Below the pieces are notes generated by a model. It saw only the letters and a program-made list of their open reading frames with translations, was not told the DNA's origin and made no database searches. The translations under genes and the position numbers were made by a program. Below are positions 33,785 to 51,940 of a DNA stretch of 64,000 bases, piece by piece. The stretch is from Escherichia coli (GTDB taxonomy: Bacteria; Pseudomonadota; Gammaproteobacteria; Enterobacterales; Enterobacteriaceae), in NCBI RefSeq assembly GCF_024223415.1, contig NZ_CP100500.1; one strand, given 5' to 3'. Numbering within the stretch: the stretch's first letter is position 1; each line of letters begins with the position of its first letter.

Positions 33785-33864
33785 GCCCGATGCGCTGCGC
33801 TTATCGGGCCTACATGTCGCACGAACTATGTAGGCCGGATAAGGCGTTCACGCCGCATCCGGCA
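33785..33864. repeat. REP/BIME pair (two inverted REP palindromic units) at the convergent hycI/ascB junction
   Basis: tgcccgatgcgctgcgcttatcgggcctaca and inverted copy tgtaggccggataaggcgttcacgccgcatccggca. Confidence 0.85.
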
Positions 33865-33871
33865 CGGTTAC

Positions 33872-36762
<2,891 letters not shown>

Positions 36763-37021
36763 CGGAGTTTATCCTGTTATCAGTAGGGTAGATGTAGTTG
36801 TTATCAGTCGACGTGACGGAAAAATGCCGATGCTGAAACGGAATTAAGAAACCGGTTTCACAAAATCATGAATAGTTGCCACCAAATAAGCAAGAGAGTT
36901 AATTGTTCATTTTTTATATTTGTGAAACCGGTCACCTGAATATTTTTCCCGCCGATTGCGCAAGGACAATCGGCAAACGGTGCAGTACACTGCGTTGATT
37001 GCGTGTAAAGGGATGAAAATG

Positions 37022-38032
37022 ATGACGACGATGCTGGAAGTGGCGAAGCGCGCCGGGGTTTCAAAAGCGACCGTTTCCCGCGTGCTTTCAGGTAATGGCT
37101 ACGTCAGCCAGGAGACTAAAGATCGCGTGTTTCAGGCGGTAGAAGAGAGCGGTTACCGTCCAAACTTGCTGGCGCGCAATCTGTCGGCGAAGAGTACTCA
37201 GACGCTGGGGCTGGTAGTGACCAACACGCTTTACCACGGCATTTATTTTAGTGAATTACTGTTTCATGCCGCGCGAATGGCGGAAGAGAAAGGGCGGCAG
37301 TTGCTATTGGCAGATGGTAAACACAGCGCCGAAGAAGAGCGCCAGGCGATTCAGTATCTGCTGGATCTGCGCTGCGACGCGATCATGATTTATCCGCGCT
37401 TTTTAAGCGTGGATGAAATTGATGACATCATTGACGCGCACAGTCAGCCGATAATGGTGCTTAATCGCCGCCTGCGCAAAAATAGCAGCCATAGCGTCTG
37501 GTGCGATCATAAACAGACCAGCTTTAACGCCGTGGCAGAGTTGATAAACGCCGGACATCAGGAGATTGCTTTCCTTACCGGCTCGATGGATTCCCCCACC
37601 AGCATTGAACGTCTTGCCGGGTATAAAGACGCGCTGGCGCAGCATGGTATTGCGCTCAATGAAAAACTTATCGCTAACGGTAAATGGACGCCCGCCAGCG
37701 GGGCCGAAGGGGTAGAAACGTTGCTCGAACGTGGGGCTAAATTTAGCGCGTTAGTTGCCAGTAACGACGATATGGCGATAGGTGCGATGAAAGCGTTACA
37801 CGAGCGCGGCGTAGCGGTGCCAGAGCAGGTGTCAGTTATCGGATTCGATGATATCGCAATTGCCCCCTATATCGTTCCGGCGCTCTCCAGCGTAAAAATT
37901 CCGGTGACTGAGATGATTCAGGAAATTATTGGACGGCTGATTTTTATGCTCGATGGCGGGGATTTCTCACCGCCGAAAACCTTCAGCGGAAAACTGATCT
38001 GCCGCGACTCACTCATTGCTCTTTCGCGATAA
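37022..38032 (+). CDS. ascG: LacI-family repressor of the asc operon
   Basis: Start at MTTMLEVAKRAGVSKATVSRVL (336 aa); HTH plus periplasmic-binding-like domain; intact, no insertion sequence. Confidence 0.93.
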   Translation: MTTMLEVAKRAGVSKATVSRVLSGNGYVSQETKDRVFQAVEESGYRPNLLARNLSAKSTQTLGLVVTNTLYHGIYFSELLFHAARMAEEKGRQLLLADGKHSAEEERQAIQYLLDLRCDAIMIYPRFLSVDEIDDIIDAHSQPIMVLNRRLRKNSSHSVWCDHKQTSFNAVAELINAGHQEIAFLTGSMDSPTSIERLAGYKDALAQHGIALNEKLIANGKWTPASGAEGVETLLERGAKFSALVASNDDMAIGAMKALHERGVAVPEQVSVIGFDDIAIAPYIVPALSSVKIPVTEMIQEIIGRLIFMLDGGDFSPPKTFSGKLICRDSLIALSR

Positions 38033-38046
38033 ACATTGTCATCACA

Positions 38047-38083
38047 TGTCATCGTCACTAGTGTCGATGACATCTTTTTTCCT
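38047..38083 (+). terminator. ascG intrinsic terminator
   Basis: ATGTCATCG-tcactagtgt-CGATGACAT followed by cttttttcc, 15 bp after ascG stop. Confidence 0.7.
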
Positions 38084-38180
38084 GCATTATAGAAATTAAT
38101 TTCCTTAAATAACAGTGAATTAAAAACTGGCATGATTTGTGAATGTATCGGCGCATTAACTGTCATTGCTGGAGAATTTG

Positions 38181-38708
38181 ATGAACCGTTTCATCATTGC
38201 TGACGCGAGTAAATGTATTGGTTGCCGTACCTGTGAAGTGGCGTGCGTGGTTTCTCATCAGGAAAATCAGGACTGTGCATCGCTGACCCCGGAAACATTT
38301 TTACCGCGTATCCATGTCATTAAAGGTGTGAACATTTCCACGGCGACAGTTTGCCGTCAGTGTGAAGATGCACCGTGCGCTAACGTCTGCCCGAATGGTG
38401 CTATCAGCCGTGATAAAGGGTTTGTTCATGTGATGCAGGAACGTTGCATTGGTTGCAAAACCTGCGTTGTGGCTTGCCCGTATGGCGCGATGGAAGTGGT
38501 GGTACGTCCGGTGATCCGCAACAGCGGCGCGGGGCTGAATGTGCGGGCTGACAAAGCCGAAGCCAATAAATGCGACCTGTGCAACCATCGTGAAGACGGC
38601 CCGGCGTGTATGGCGGCTTGCCCGACTCATGCGCTAATTTGTGTCGATCGTAATAAACTTGAACAACTGAGCGCAGAAAAACGCCGCCGTACGGCGCTGA
38701 TGTTCTAA
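38181..38708 (+). CDS. hydN: Electron-transport Fe-S protein HydN
   Basis: Start [15 protein letters not shown] (175 aa); four ferredoxin-type Cys clusters. Confidence 0.93.
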   Translation: MNRFIIADASKCIGCRTCEVACVVSHQENQDCASLTPETFLPRIHVIKGVNISTATVCRQCEDAPCANVCPNGAISRDKGFVHVMQERCIGCKTCVVACPYGAMEVVVRPVIRNSGAGLNVRADKAEANKCDLCNHREDGPACMAACPTHALICVDRNKLEQLSAEKRRRTALMF

Positions 38709-38860
38709 AAATCTTACAGAACTGTTCTGGCATCAAAGGAATTCCCGGAAATATTCGTAGAATACGGAGCGGGCGGTATCGCCGACCTGAGACTGCCGGA
38801 TACGACGCTGTCGTGTCCGGCAGGGCGGGTTACGCAATTCATGATGGCGGGAATAACTCA

Positions 38861-41113
38861 ATGGCAAAAAACACATCTTGCGGTGTCCAACTGCGTATTC
38901 GTGGCAAAGTGCAGGGCGTCGGTTTTCGTCCGTTTGTCTGGCAGCTGGCACAGCAATTAAATCTTCACGGCGATGTCTGTAATGACGGCGATGGCGTAGA
39001 AGTCCGGCTGCTGGAAGACCCGGAAACGTTTCTTGTTCAATTGCATCAGCACTGCCCGCCGCTGGCGCGTATTGATAGCGTTGAGCGTGAACCGTTTATC
39101 TGGTCACAACTGCCCACTGAGTTCACTATCCGTCAGAGCGCGGGCGGCGCCATGAATACGCAAATTGTTCCCGATGCCGCCACTTGCCCTGCTTGCCTTG
39201 CCGAAATGAATACCCCAGGCGAACGGCGTTATCGTTATCCATTTATCAACTGTACCCACTGCGGCCCGCGCTTCACCATTATTCGCGCCATGCCTTACGA
39301 TCGCCCGTTTACCGTGATGGCGGCGTTTCCGCTGTGTCCAGCCTGTGATAAAGAGTACCGCGACCCGCTCGATCGTCGCTTCCACGCCCAGCCGGTGGCC
39401 TGCCCGGAGTGTGGCCCGCATCTTGAATGGGTAAGTCATGGTGAACATGCAGAACAAGAGGCGGCATTACAGGCGGCTATCGCACAGTTAAAAATGGGCA
39501 ACATTGTCGCCATCAAAGGGATTGGCGGATTTCATCTTGCCTGCGATGCACGTAACAGTAACGCGGTGGCGACACTTCGGGCGCGCAAACATCGCCCGGC
39601 GAAACCGCTGGCAGTCATGTTGCCAGTGGCTGACGGTTTACCAGACGCTGCGCGCCAGTTGCTTACCACGCCCGCTGCGCCGATTGTGCTGGTGGATAAA
39701 AAATACGTACCTGAGATTTGTGATGATATCGCCCCTGGCCTTAACGAAGTCGGGGTGATGTTGCCTGCGAACCCGCTCCAGCATTTGCTGTTACAGGAAC
39801 TGCAATGCCCGCTGGTGATGACCTCCGGCAACCTGAGCGGTAAACCACCGGCTATCAGCAACGAACAGGCGCTGGCGGATTTGCAGGGCATTGCCGACGG
39901 ATTCTTGATACATAACCGCGACATCGTGCAGCGGATGGATGATTCGGTGGTGCGCGAAAGCGGCGAAATGCTGCGCCGTTCGCGGGGGTATGTGCCGGAT
40001 GCGCTGGCTTTGCCTCCGGGCTTTAAAAATGTTCCGCCTGTGCTGTGTCTCGGCGCGGATCTGAAAAATACCTTCTGCCTGGTGCGCGGTGAACAAGCGG
40101 TGTTGAGCCAGCATCTGGGCGATTTAAGTGACGATGGCATCCAGATGCAGTGGCGCGAAGCGTTACGCCTGATGCGAAACATCTACGATTTCACCCCGCA
40201 ATACGTTGTGCATGACGCACATCCTGGCTATGTCTCCAGCCAGTGGGCGCGCGAAATGAATCTGCCGACGCAAACGGTGCTGCATCATCATGCCCATGCA
40301 GCGGCGTGTCTGGCAGAGCATCAGTGGCCGCTGGATGGCGGTGATGTCATTGCTTTGACGCTCGACGGTATCGGTATGGGGGAGAACGGCGCTTTGTGGG
40401 GCGGCGAGTGCCTGCGGGTGAACTATCGCGAATGTGAGCACCTGGGCGGCTTGCCTGCAGTGGTGCTTCCGGGTGGCGATTTGGCGGCGAAGCAGCCGTG
40501 GCGTAACCTGCTGGCGCAGTGCCTGCGCTTTGTGCCGGAGTGGCAGAATTACCCTGAAACGGCAAGTGTGCAACAGCAAAACTGGAGCGTGCTGGCGCGG
40601 GCCATTGAGCGTGGAATTAACGCGCCGCTGGCGTCATCGTGTGGGCGTTTGTTCGATGCTGTGGCGGCGGCACTGGGCTGTGCGCCAGCCACGTTAAGTT
40701 ATGAAGGTGAAGCGGCTTGTGCTCTGGAGGCGCTCGCAGATTCGTGCGACGGAGTGACGCATCCGGTGACGATGCCGCGGGTGGACAATCAACTGGATCT
40801 CGCCACTTTCTGGCAGCAGTGGCTGAACTGGCAGGCACCGGTTAATCAACGCGCGTGGGCGTTTCATGATGCGCTGGCGCAGGGTTTTGCCGCGTTGATG
40901 CGTGAGCAGGCCACGATGCGTGGTATCACTACGCTGGTATTTAGCGGCGGGGTTATTCATAACCGTTTGCTGCGTGCACGTCTGGCGCATTATCTCGCTG
41001 ATTTCACATTGCTCTTCCCGCAGAGTTTACCGGCGGGTGATGGCGGTTTGTCTCTGGGGCAGGGGGTTATTGCTGCGGCGCGTTGGTTAGCGGGTGAACT
41101 CCAGAACGGATAA
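38861..41113 (+). CDS. hypF: [NiFe]-hydrogenase maturation carbamoyltransferase HypF
   Basis: Start [25 protein letters not shown] (750 aa); acylphosphatase, Zn-finger and YrdC/Kae1-like regions. Confidence 0.95.
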   Translation: MAKNTSCGVQLRIRGKVQGVGFRPFVWQLAQQLNLHGDVCNDGDGVEVRLLEDPETFLVQLHQHCPPLARIDSVEREPFIWSQLPTEFTIRQSAGGAMNTQIVPDAATCPACLAEMNTPGERRYRYPFINCTHCGPRFTIIRAMPYDRPFTVMAAFPLCPACDKEYRDPLDRRFHAQPVACPECGPHLEWVSHGEHAEQEAALQAAIAQLKMGNIVAIKGIGGFHLACDARNSNAVATLRARKHRPAKPLAVMLPVADGLPDAARQLLTTPAAPIVLVDKKYVPEICDDIAPGLNEVGVMLPANPLQHLLLQELQCPLVMTSGNLSGKPPAISNEQALADLQGIADGFLIHNRDIVQRMDDSVVRESGEMLRRSRGYVPDALALPPGFKNVPPVLCLGADLKNTFCLVRGEQAVLSQHLGDLSDDGIQMQWREALRLMRNIYDFTPQYVVHDAHPGYVSSQWAREMNLPTQTVLHHHAHAAACLAEHQWPLDGGDVIALTLDGIGMGENGALWGGECLRVNYRECEHLGGLPAVVLPGGDLAAKQPWRNLLAQCLRFVPEWQNYPETASVQQQNWSVLARAIERGINAPLASSCGRLFDAVAAALGCAPATLSYEGEAACALEALADSCDGVTHPVTMPRVDNQLDLATFWQQWLNWQAPVNQRAWAFHDALAQGFAALMREQATMRGITTLVFSGGVIHNRLLRARLAHYLADFTLLFPQSLPAGDGGLSLGQGVIAAARWLAGELQNG

Positions 41114-41135
41114 AGCGTGTTGCATTTGGACACCC

Positions 41136-41220
<85 letters not shown>

Positions 41221-41240
41221 TTTTGGGCACAGTAGCCCGC

Positions 41241-42374
41241 CTACACCGGCAATGTTTTCAACAATCCAAATGCCTCTTTCATCCGATCCTCACTGACCAC
41301 AAAGGCGCGAAGTTGGTCTGCATCGTCAACACCGCGCGCCACCATTCCCTGGCGTTCGGTATTAATTTGCCAGCGTAAATCCTGACGCTGGGTTTCGCCT
41401 GCCAGATGCAGCGGTAATTCCGGCGTTTTGATTTTCACCAGCATCGCCGGTAGTTTCAGTGGCGTGTTATTGCCGAGAAGATTTTTTGCCAGCACCATCG
41501 CGCTAAGTTGAATCGGCTGCAGGAACGGCAGTACCTGACCGTTAATTTCCGCGCAATCGCCCAGCGCGTAAATATCGGCATTACTGGTTTGCAGATAACT
41601 ATCGACGCAAACGCCGCGATTAATCGTCAGCCCGGCGCGTTGTGCCAGGGCTGTTTCCGGGCGCAGTCCGGTGGCGGCAATTACCGCATCCACTTCGATA
41701 CTACGCTGGCGGTCCAGCGTTGCCAGAATGCCAGAATCCGTTTTTTCCAGCCCCTGCAACTGAGATTTCAACAGCAGATGAACGCCCATCTCCGTCAACC
41801 GATGCTGCAAGCGACTGCTTACTTCCGGTGGCATTAACGACGCCAGAATACTGGCAGCGTTGTCGATTAGCGTAACCATTTTGCCTGCACGACAAAAATC
41901 CATCGCCAGTTCGCTACCAATCAAACCACCGCCAACAATCAACACGCGTCGGGCATTCCGCAGTTGCGTTTCACAGGCGCGATACTCTTGCTGACTATTT
42001 AACGTCAGCATTAACTCACGCCCAGGCACTGGCGGGACAAAGGCGCTGGCACCGGTTGCCAGCACCAGCTTGTCGTATTGCCACTGATTATTCTGGCTTT
42101 TCACCACACGGGCTTCGGCATCGATATCCGTCACCCAGGTTTGCGGAAACAGGAGCAGATTAAACTGCTCGGCAAATTCACCCGCCGTCTGGCGGGTAAG
42201 GTCGTCGGCACGTTGCCCCTGACTGATAACATGGCTGAGGTCAGGTTTGTTGTACTCATCCATGCTGTCGGCGGCAATCAGGGTTAATGGAATACTGGCG
42301 TCCTGTTTGCGAATATTTTTCACCAGTTGGCGGGCGGCGAAGCCCGAACCAATGATCACAATGCCGTTGCTCAT
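41241..42374 (-). CDS. norW: NADH:flavorubredoxin reductase
   Basis: 377 aa; FAD/NAD Rossmann motifs; overlaps norV stop. Confidence 0.94.
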   Translation of the reverse strand: MSNGIVIIGSGFAARQLVKNIRKQDASIPLTLIAADSMDEYNKPDLSHVISQGQRADDLTRQTAGEFAEQFNLLLFPQTWVTDIDAEARVVKSQNNQWQYDKLVLATGASAFVPPVPGRELMLTLNSQQEYRACETQLRNARRVLIVGGGLIGSELAMDFCRAGKMVTLIDNAASILASLMPPEVSSRLQHRLTEMGVHLLLKSQLQGLEKTDSGILATLDRQRSIEVDAVIAATGLRPETALAQRAGLTINRGVCVDSYLQTSNADIYALGDCAEINGQVLPFLQPIQLSAMVLAKNLLGNNTPLKLPAMLVKIKTPELPLHLAGETQRQDLRWQINTERQGMVARGVDDADQLRAFVVSEDRMKEAFGLLKTLPV

Positions 42375-43810
42375 TTTGCCTCCGATGCCAGTTCGTCAAA
42401 GACGTCTTTGCCGAGGGAGCATTCCGGGCACAGGAAGTTATCCGGGACTTCACTCCACGGCGTTCCTGGCGCAACGTCCTGCATTGGCTCGCCTTTTGCC
42501 GGATCGTAAATCCACTGGCAGACGCTGCACTGCATCCGTGGGCCGAGGTCAGCCGTCGTGGTGGCAGAGGTTTCTTCTTTAACTACCGTATTCACCGTGC
42601 TCTGCGGCAGCGGCGCGAGCGCCCACTGACGGGCGATTTCGCGACCGTGTTCACGGCATAACTCCAGAGCGTCCTGGTCTGGTCGCCATTTCGCTTTCAG
42701 GCTAAGCGACATTTCGAAACCCGCATCCTGCAGGCGCGTGGAAAGACGATCCACCGCACCGCCGCTCCAGCCGTGAGAGCCGAAAGCACTGGCGCGTTTG
42801 TTACGGAAGCGTAATCCGGTCATCTCCTCCACCAGCCCGGCGATTTTCGGCATCATCACGTTATTCATCGTCGAAGTGCCGACCAGCACGCCTTTTGAGC
42901 GGAAGACATTGGTCAGGATTTCGTTTTTATCGCTTCGGGCGACGTTGAAAATTTTCACCGCCACGCGTGGGTCGGTTTCCGCAATCCCCTGGGCGATAGC
43001 GTCAGCCATCATGCGGGTGTTATTCGACATGGTGTCGTAGAAAATGGTGATTCTGTCTTCCTGATAATCAGCGGCCCACTTCAGGTACAGCTCGACAATT
43101 TGCGTCGGGTTATCGCGCCAGACCACGCCGTGGGAGGTCGCTATCATATCGACTGGTAAGTTAAAGCCCAGGATCTCGGTAATTTTCGGCGTTACCAGGC
43201 GGCTGAACGGCGTCAGGATATTGGCGTAGTAACGCTGGCACTGCTCGAAAAGCTCCGTCTGATCCACTTCATCGTTGAACAGATGCTCGTCGCAGTAGTG
43301 CTGACCGAAAGCATCGTTACTGAACAGCACCGCGTCGCCTGTCAGGTAAGTCATCATGCTGTCCGGCCAGTGCAGCATTGGTGTTTCGACAAAAATGAGC
43401 TGTTTGCCGTTGCCGATATCCAGCGTGTCGCCAGTTTTCACCACATTAAAATTCCACTCCGGATGATGGTGATGACCATTTATCGAGTCGATAGCGTTGG
43501 CTGTACAGTAGATCGGCGTATCGGGAATTTGTGCCATCAGTTCGGTTAGCGCCCCGGCGTGGTCCTCTTCTGCATGGTTAATCACGATGTAATCGATATC
43601 CGCCAGATCGATTTCATTACGCAGGTTCTGCACAAATTCGCGGCTGAATTTATGGTCGACGGTGTCGATCAGCACGTTTTTTTCTTCGCGGATGAGGTAG
43701 CTGTTGTAGCTGCTGCCGCGCAGCGTTTTATATTCCGTGCCGTGAAAATCTCGTACTTCCCAGTCACGTTGACCCACCCAATGAATGTTATTTTTCACCA
43801 CAATAGACAT
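42371..43810 (-). CDS. norV: Anaerobic nitric oxide reductase flavorubredoxin
   Basis: 479 aa full length, including C-terminal rubredoxin CxxC...CPEC; no internal deletion. Confidence 0.95.
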   Translation of the reverse strand: MSIVVKNNIHWVGQRDWEVRDFHGTEYKTLRGSSYNSYLIREEKNVLIDTVDHKFSREFVQNLRNEIDLADIDYIVINHAEEDHAGALTELMAQIPDTPIYCTANAIDSINGHHHHPEWNFNVVKTGDTLDIGNGKQLIFVETPMLHWPDSMMTYLTGDAVLFSNDAFGQHYCDEHLFNDEVDQTELFEQCQRYYANILTPFSRLVTPKITEILGFNLPVDMIATSHGVVWRDNPTQIVELYLKWAADYQEDRITIFYDTMSNNTRMMADAIAQGIAETDPRVAVKIFNVARSDKNEILTNVFRSKGVLVGTSTMNNVMMPKIAGLVEEMTGLRFRNKRASAFGSHGWSGGAVDRLSTRLQDAGFEMSLSLKAKWRPDQDALELCREHGREIARQWALAPLPQSTVNTVVKEETSATTTADLGPRMQCSVCQWIYDPAKGEPMQDVAPGTPWSEVPDNFLCPECSLGKDVFDELASEAK

Positions 43811-43857
43811 AGCAACCTCAATTTATTCAGCGTGTTCTAAAAAGATGTCTTGCTAAT

Positions 43858-43873
43858 TGCAGATTGCGTGCCA
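43858..43873 (-). promoter_or_regulatory. sigma54 promoter of norVW
   Basis: Minus-strand CTGGCACgcaatCTGCA, with GG and GC 12 bp apart, about 48 bp upstream of the norV ATG. Confidence 0.75.
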
Positions 43874-43928
43874 GTTTTTTATCTAATTGTTTTTACTCTA
43901 TAAATAAAATTATGCTCATTAGTGAGTA

Positions 43929-43984
43929 GTCAAAATGACTATCAATCAAATGGTCGATATGACAATATCTATAGTCAAATTGAC
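43929..43984. promoter_or_regulatory. Three NorR enhancer sites (GT-N7-AC)
   Basis: gtcaaaatgac (43929-39), gtcgatatgac (43953-63), gtcaaattgac (43974-84) in the norR-norV intergenic region. Confidence 0.8.
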
Positions 43985-43996
43985 AGTGAGGCAAAG

Positions 43997-45511
43997 ATGA
44001 GTTTTTCCGTTGATGTGCTGGCGAATATCGCCATCGAATTGCAGCGTGGGATTGGTCATCAGGATCGTTTTCAGCGTCTGATCACCACGCTGCGTCAGGT
44101 GCTGGAGTGCGATGCGTCTGCGTTGCTACGTTACGACTCGCGGCAGTTTATTCCGCTTGCCATCGACGGGCTGGCGAAGGATGTACTCGGTAGACGCTTT
44201 GCGCTGGAAGGTCATCCACGGCTGGAAGCGATTGCCCGCGCGGGTGATGTGGTGCGCTTTCCCGCAGACAGCGAATTGCCCGATCCCTATGACGGTTTGA
44301 TTCCAGGGCAGGAGAGTCTGAAGGTTCACGCCTGCGTTGGTCTGCCGCTGTTTGCCGGGCAAAACCTGATCGGCGCATTGACGCTCGACGGGATGCAGCC
44401 CGATCAGTTCGATGTTTTCAGCGACGAAGAGTTACGCCTGATTGCCGCGCTGGCGGCGGGAGCGTTAAGCAATGCGTTGCTGATTGAGCAACTGGAAAGC
44501 CAGAATATGCTGCCAGGCGATGCCGCTCCATTTGAAGCGGTGAAACAGACGCAGATGATCGGTCTGTCGCCAGGCATGACGCAACTGAAAAAAGAGATTG
44601 AGATTGTGGCGGCGTCCGATCTCAACGTCCTGATCAGCGGTGAGACGGGAACCGGTAAGGAGCTGGTGGCGAAAGCGATTCATGAAGCCTCGCCACGGGC
44701 GGTGAATCCGCTGGTCTATCTCAACTGTGCCGCACTGCCGGAAAGTGTGGCGGAAAGTGAGTTGTTCGGGCATGTGAAAGGAGCATTTACTGGCGCAATC
44801 AGTAACCGCAGTGGGAAGTTTGAAATGGCGGATAACGGCACGCTGTTTCTCGATGAGATCGGCGAGTTGTCGTTGGCATTGCAGGCCAAGCTGCTGAGGG
44901 TGTTGCAGTATGGCGATATTCAGCGCGTTGGCGATGACCGTAGTTTGCGGGTCGATGTGCGCGTGCTGGCGGCGACTAACCGCGATTTACGCGAAGAGGT
45001 GCTGGCAGGGCGATTTCGCGCTGACTTGTTCCACCGCCTGAGCGTGTTTCCACTTTCGGTGCCGCCGCTGCGTGAGCGGGGCGATGATGTCATTCTGCTG
45101 GCGGGGTATTTCTGCGAGCAGTGTCGTTTGCGGCAGGGGCTCTCCCGCGTGGTATTAAGTGCCGGAGCGCGAAATTTACTGCAACACTACAGTTTTCCGG
45201 GAAACGTGCGCGAACTGGAACATGCTATTCATCGGGCGGTAGTGCTGGCGAGAGCCACCCGCAACGGCGATGAAGTGATTCTTGAGGCGCAACATTTTGC
45301 TTTTCCTGAGGTGACGTTGCCGCCGCCAGAAGTGGCGGCGGTGCCCGTTGTTAAGCAAAACCTGCGTGAAGCGACAGAAGCGTTCCAGCGTGAAACTATT
45401 CGTCAGGCACTGGCACAAAATCATCACAACTGGGCTGCCTGCGCGCGGATGCTGGAAACCGACGTCGCCAACCTGCATCGGCTGGCGAAACGTCTGGGAT
45501 TGAAGGATTAA
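43997..45511 (+). CDS. norR: Nitric-oxide-responsive sigma54-dependent activator NorR
   Basis: Start [15 protein letters not shown] (504 aa); ORF-track frame extends upstream through the NorR sites. GAF domain, AAA+ [14 protein letters not shown]. Confidence 0.95.
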   Translation: MSFSVDVLANIAIELQRGIGHQDRFQRLITTLRQVLECDASALLRYDSRQFIPLAIDGLAKDVLGRRFALEGHPRLEAIARAGDVVRFPADSELPDPYDGLIPGQESLKVHACVGLPLFAGQNLIGALTLDGMQPDQFDVFSDEELRLIAALAAGALSNALLIEQLESQNMLPGDAAPFEAVKQTQMIGLSPGMTQLKKEIEIVAASDLNVLISGETGTGKELVAKAIHEASPRAVNPLVYLNCAALPESVAESELFGHVKGAFTGAISNRSGKFEMADNGTLFLDEIGELSLALQAKLLRVLQYGDIQRVGDDRSLRVDVRVLAATNRDLREEVLAGRFRADLFHRLSVFPLSVPPLRERGDDVILLAGYFCEQCRLRQGLSRVVLSAGARNLLQHYSFPGNVRELEHAIHRAVVLARATRNGDEVILEAQHFAFPEVTLPPPEVAAVPVVKQNLREATEAFQRETIRQALAQNHHNWAACARMLETDVANLHRLAKRLGLKD

Positions 45512-46473
45512 ATAATCCCGGCCTGATAGAAATCCTGCAGGTTAATTGCGCCGACGAGTTTGCCGTTTTCATCTACCACCGGTGCGGCAGTGATTTTGCG
45601 CTTCATCAGGATCTCTTTGGCGTCGATGGCGCGGCTTTGTGCCTGTAATGTGGTACCGCCTGTCGTCATCGCTTCATTAACTGGCGTGGTGAGTGCGCCG
45701 CCGCCAACCAGCCAGCGACGTAAATCGCCGTCGGTAAAGACGCCTTGTACCTGTTGTTGAGCGTCACATACCGCCACCAGCCCCAGACCGGTGCGGCTGA
45801 GTTCCAGCATCGCATCCATCACGCTGGCGGTTAACGCTACCTGTGGGATAGCGTCATCACGACGCATCAGATGATGCACTTTATTCAGCAAGCGAGCGCC
45901 CAGTGCCCCGGCTGGGTGGGAGCGGGCAAAATCTTCTTCATTAAATCCGCGCGCCTGCATGACCGCCATCGCCAGCGCGTCACCCATCATCAGGGTATTG
46001 ACGGTGCTGGAGGTCGGCGCAAGGTGCATCGGGCAGGCTTCGCGTTCTACGGAGATATCCAGCACCGCTTTCGCCGCCAGGCCCAGCGGTGACGTCGGTT
46101 TGCCGGTCATCGCCAGCAGCGCGATAGATTTGTCTTCCAGACGCGGAATAATCAGATCCAGTTCCTTCGCCCCACCGGAGTAAGAGATAAACAGCATCAC
46201 ATCGCGGCTTTCGATCATCCCCAGATCGCCGTGCAGCGCTTCTGCCGGATGGACAAAAAAAGCCGGTGTGCCGGTACTGGCAAGCGTTGCGGCGATTTTC
46301 TTACCAATGTGGCCCGATTTGCCAATTCCCGAAACCACCACTTTGCCTTCGCAGTGCAGGATGATATTGGCGGCGCGAACAAAATCATCGCCCAGACGTT
46401 CCGGTAAACGGCTTGCTTCCTGCAATTCCAGCATTAACGTCTGACGTCCCGCGTTCAGTAGTGCTTCACTCAT
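45508..46473 (-). CDS. gutQ: D-arabinose 5-phosphate isomerase GutQ
   Basis: 321 aa; SIS + tandem CBS domains. Confidence 0.94.
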   Translation of the reverse strand: MSEALLNAGRQTLMLELQEASRLPERLGDDFVRAANIILHCEGKVVVSGIGKSGHIGKKIAATLASTGTPAFFVHPAEALHGDLGMIESRDVMLFISYSGGAKELDLIIPRLEDKSIALLAMTGKPTSPLGLAAKAVLDISVEREACPMHLAPTSSTVNTLMMGDALAMAVMQARGFNEEDFARSHPAGALGARLLNKVHHLMRRDDAIPQVALTASVMDAMLELSRTGLGLVAVCDAQQQVQGVFTDGDLRRWLVGGGALTTPVNEAMTTGGTTLQAQSRAIDAKEILMKRKITAAPVVDENGKLVGAINLQDFYQAGII

Positions 46474-47239
46474 TGCTCTCTCCGGTTATGATCACATCGA
46501 TCCCTTTCTCTTCCAGCGCCTGACGAAACGCCGGATCGATACCTGCGTCGGTAATCAGCTTATCGACGCTTTCAAGACTGCAAACTACGTTGGGGCTTTT
46601 ACGGCCAAACTTTGATGAGTCAGCCATCAAAATCACTTCGCGCGCGGCATTACACATCGCCTTACTGACGGTATAGACCTCGTTGAAGGTGGTTACGCCC
46701 GCATTGAGATCGATGCCGTCGGTGCCCATAAACAATTTATCGAAGGTGAAATGCTCGAAGGCATTCTCTGCCAGCTGCCCGTGAAATGAGGCCGATTTTT
46801 TACGAAACGTTCCGCCTGGCATCAGGATAGTTTGTTCGTTATCCAGTTCAGATAGCGCATTGACGATATGCAGACTGTTGGTCATCACCGTGATGTTATT
46901 AAAGCGCGAGAGCAGAGGCACCATCTGCAAAACGGTGCTGCCAGCATCAAGAATGATCGAATCGCCATCATGAATAAAACCAACGGCAGCTTCTGCTATC
47001 AGCTCTTTCTTGTGGGTGTTGATGAGTGTTTTATGATCGATAGGCGGATCGGCTTCCTCTTTATTCAACACCACTCCGCCATAAGTACGAATGACGGTTC
47101 CGGCATGTTCCAGAATGACCAGATCTTTGCGAATGGTTGTGCCTGTGGTGTCAAAGTATTGCGCCAATTCTTCAACCGAGCATTTACCCTGCTTTTGCAG
47201 ATACTCCAGAATGGCGGCCTGACGCTGACGAGGTTTCAT
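46466..47239 (-). CDS. srlR: DeoR-family glucitol operon repressor
   Basis: 257 aa; DeoR HTH. Confidence 0.94.
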   Translation of the reverse strand: MKPRQRQAAILEYLQKQGKCSVEELAQYFDTTGTTIRKDLVILEHAGTVIRTYGGVVLNKEEADPPIDHKTLINTHKKELIAEAAVGFIHDGDSIILDAGSTVLQMVPLLSRFNNITVMTNSLHIVNALSELDNEQTILMPGGTFRKKSASFHGQLAENAFEHFTFDKLFMGTDGIDLNAGVTTFNEVYTVSKAMCNAAREVILMADSSKFGRKSPNVVCSLESVDKLITDAGIDPAFRQALEEKGIDVIITGESNE

Positions 47240-47305
47240 GGGCGTGATTACCTGATTTAGGTTTCAAAATGATAACTTCGCAAGCAAGTAACATTCACAA
47301 CGAAA

Positions 47306-47665
47306 TTATCCACGTTTCAGTTTAAGCGCCAATGATAGAGCATTCTGTGATAGTGGATCATGGGGAAAGATCACATCGGGCTGTAAATCACCCGCATGCA
47401 TGCCGGTAATTGCGGGAATTTTTTGCGGTCGGGCGAAGACGGTCAGTCCTTTCATAAACAAGGTGTCGGCGATGCGCTGCTGATCGTCCAGGGCGATGGC
47501 GACCACGACCCGCGGTTTAAAGCGCCCGCTGGAACGGCCCACGCCAACCCGCCCTTGCTGGCATAGTGTGTCGAAGGCACGGTTAAAACGAGAAATTTGC
47601 CAGCCGCCTAAGGCCAGTTGCGCACACCAGGCGATAACGGCGACAGTGATGAGTGCGGATACCAT
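47306..47665 (-). CDS. gutM: Glucitol operon activator GutM
   Basis: 119 aa; matches GutM. Confidence 0.92.
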   Translation of the reverse strand: MVSALITVAVIAWCAQLALGGWQISRFNRAFDTLCQQGRVGVGRSSGRFKPRVVVAIALDDQQRIADTLFMKGLTVFARPQKIPAITGMHAGDLQPDVIFPHDPLSQNALSLALKLKRG

Positions 47666-47694
47666 AACTTTTCCTTAATGTAGTGGCGGAAGTC

Positions 47695-47726
47695 CTGTAG
47701 GCCTGATGAGCGTAGCGCATCAGGCA
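47695..47726. repeat. REP palindromic unit between srlD and gutM
   Basis: ctgtaggcctgatgagcgtagcgcatcaggca. Confidence 0.8.
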
Positions 47727-47740
47727 TTCTATTAGTCTCA

Positions 47741-47763
47741 CGGAGATCCTTAACGGATCTCCG
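47741..47763 (-). terminator. Perfect 9-bp-stem hairpin just downstream of srlD (possible terminator/attenuator)
   Basis: CGGAGATCC-ttaac-GGATCTCCG, 8 bp after the srlD stop. Confidence 0.5.
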
Positions 47764-47770
47764 CTGTTGA

Positions 47771-48925
<1,155 letters not shown>

Positions 48926-48935
48926 GTTTCAGCCT

Positions 48936-50473
<1,538 letters not shown>

Positions 50474-50710
50474 TTATTGTTTTATTACCAAACGGCAACC
50501 TAATCTAATCAGATCGAAAGATTTAAAAGTGTTATTTTGATCGCAAAATGAAAGATAAATATTTTAATTTGAAAGTTTGAGTAAAAGGATAGCGAGGAGA
50601 ATGAGTTGAGTTATGTAAAGTCCGTATCGGGCAGTGACTACCGCTTCCTTGTGCGGGGCGTGATGCTTTACCATACTTGCCCCTGGTTGAATCTGTTAAA
50701 TGGACCCCTC

Positions 50711-51796
50711 ATGTTCAAGCGTCGTTATGTAACATTGCTTCCCCTTTTTGTGTTGCTTGCCGCCTGTAGCAGCAAGCCAAAACCTACTGAGACTGAAACG
50801 ACCACCGGAACGCCGTCTGGCGGCTTCCTGCTTGAGCCGCAGCACAATGTGATGCAGATGGGCGGTGACTTCGCCAATAACCCGAATGCCCAGCAGTTCA
50901 TCGACAAAATGGTGAACAAACACGGTTTCGATCGTCAGCAGTTGCAGGAAATTCTGTCCCAGGCGAAGCGTCTGGATTCGGTGCTGCGGCTGATGGATAA
51001 CCAGGCACCAACCACATCGGTGAAACCGCCATCAGGTCCGAACGGCGCATGGCTGCGTTATCGCAAAAAATTTATTACGCCGGACAACGTGCAGAATGGT
51101 GTGGTTTTCTGGAATCAGTATGAAGATGCGTTGAATCGCGCGTGGCAGGTGTATGGCGTACCGCCGGAAATTATCGTCGGGATTATCGGCGTTGAAACCC
51201 GCTGGGGGCGCGTGATGGGGAAAACTCGCATCCTCGATGCGCTGGCAACGCTGTCATTTAACTACCCACGCCGCGCGGAGTATTTCTCTGGCGAGCTGGA
51301 AACCTTCCTGCTGATGGCGCGCGACGAGCAGGACGATCCGCTCAATCTGAAAGGTTCCTTTGCCGGGGCGATGGGCTACGGACAGTTTATGCCGTCGTCT
51401 TACAAACAATATGCGGTAGATTTCAGCGGCGACGGGCATATCAACCTGTGGGATCCGGTTGATGCGATCGGTAGCGTGGCGAACTATTTCAAAGCGCACG
51501 GTTGGGTGAAAGGCGATCAGGTCGCGGTAATGGCAAACGGTCAGGCTCCAGGCTTGCCAAATGGCTTCAAAACCAAGTACAGCATTTCGCAGCTTGCCGC
51601 GGCAGGTTTAACGCCACAGCAGCCGCTGGGCAACCATCAACAAGCCAGCCTGCTGCGTCTGGATGTCGGTACCGGTTACCAGTACTGGTACGGTCTGCCG
51701 AACTTCTACACCATTACCCGTTATAACCACAGCACCCATTACGCAATGGCGGTCTGGCAGTTAGGACAAGCCGTGGCGCTGGCGCGCGTGCAGTAA
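50711..51796 (+). CDS. mltB: Membrane-bound lytic murein transglycosylase B
   Basis: Start MFKRRYVTLLPLFVLLAACSS (lipobox), 361 aa; ORF-track frame extends upstream to 50606. Confidence 0.94.
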   Translation: MFKRRYVTLLPLFVLLAACSSKPKPTETETTTGTPSGGFLLEPQHNVMQMGGDFANNPNAQQFIDKMVNKHGFDRQQLQEILSQAKRLDSVLRLMDNQAPTTSVKPPSGPNGAWLRYRKKFITPDNVQNGVVFWNQYEDALNRAWQVYGVPPEIIVGIIGVETRWGRVMGKTRILDALATLSFNYPRRAEYFSGELETFLLMARDEQDDPLNLKGSFAGAMGYGQFMPSSYKQYAVDFSGDGHINLWDPVDAIGSVANYFKAHGWVKGDQVAVMANGQAPGLPNGFKTKYSISQLAAAGLTPQQPLGNHQQASLLRLDVGTGYQYWYGLPNFYTITRYNHSTHYAMAVWQLGQAVALARVQ

Positions 51797-51940
51797 CTAT
51801 TTGCAAGAGGGGGGCGTGAGCTTCCCTCTGGCTAATCAGCTTTTTTCTGAATCCTCCTCGTAAAATTGCAACGCCAACACCATCTTCCTGACGAAAGTGC
51901 TATCTTGTCCGGCATAAATTTTTGACTGACAGAGGTTGTG

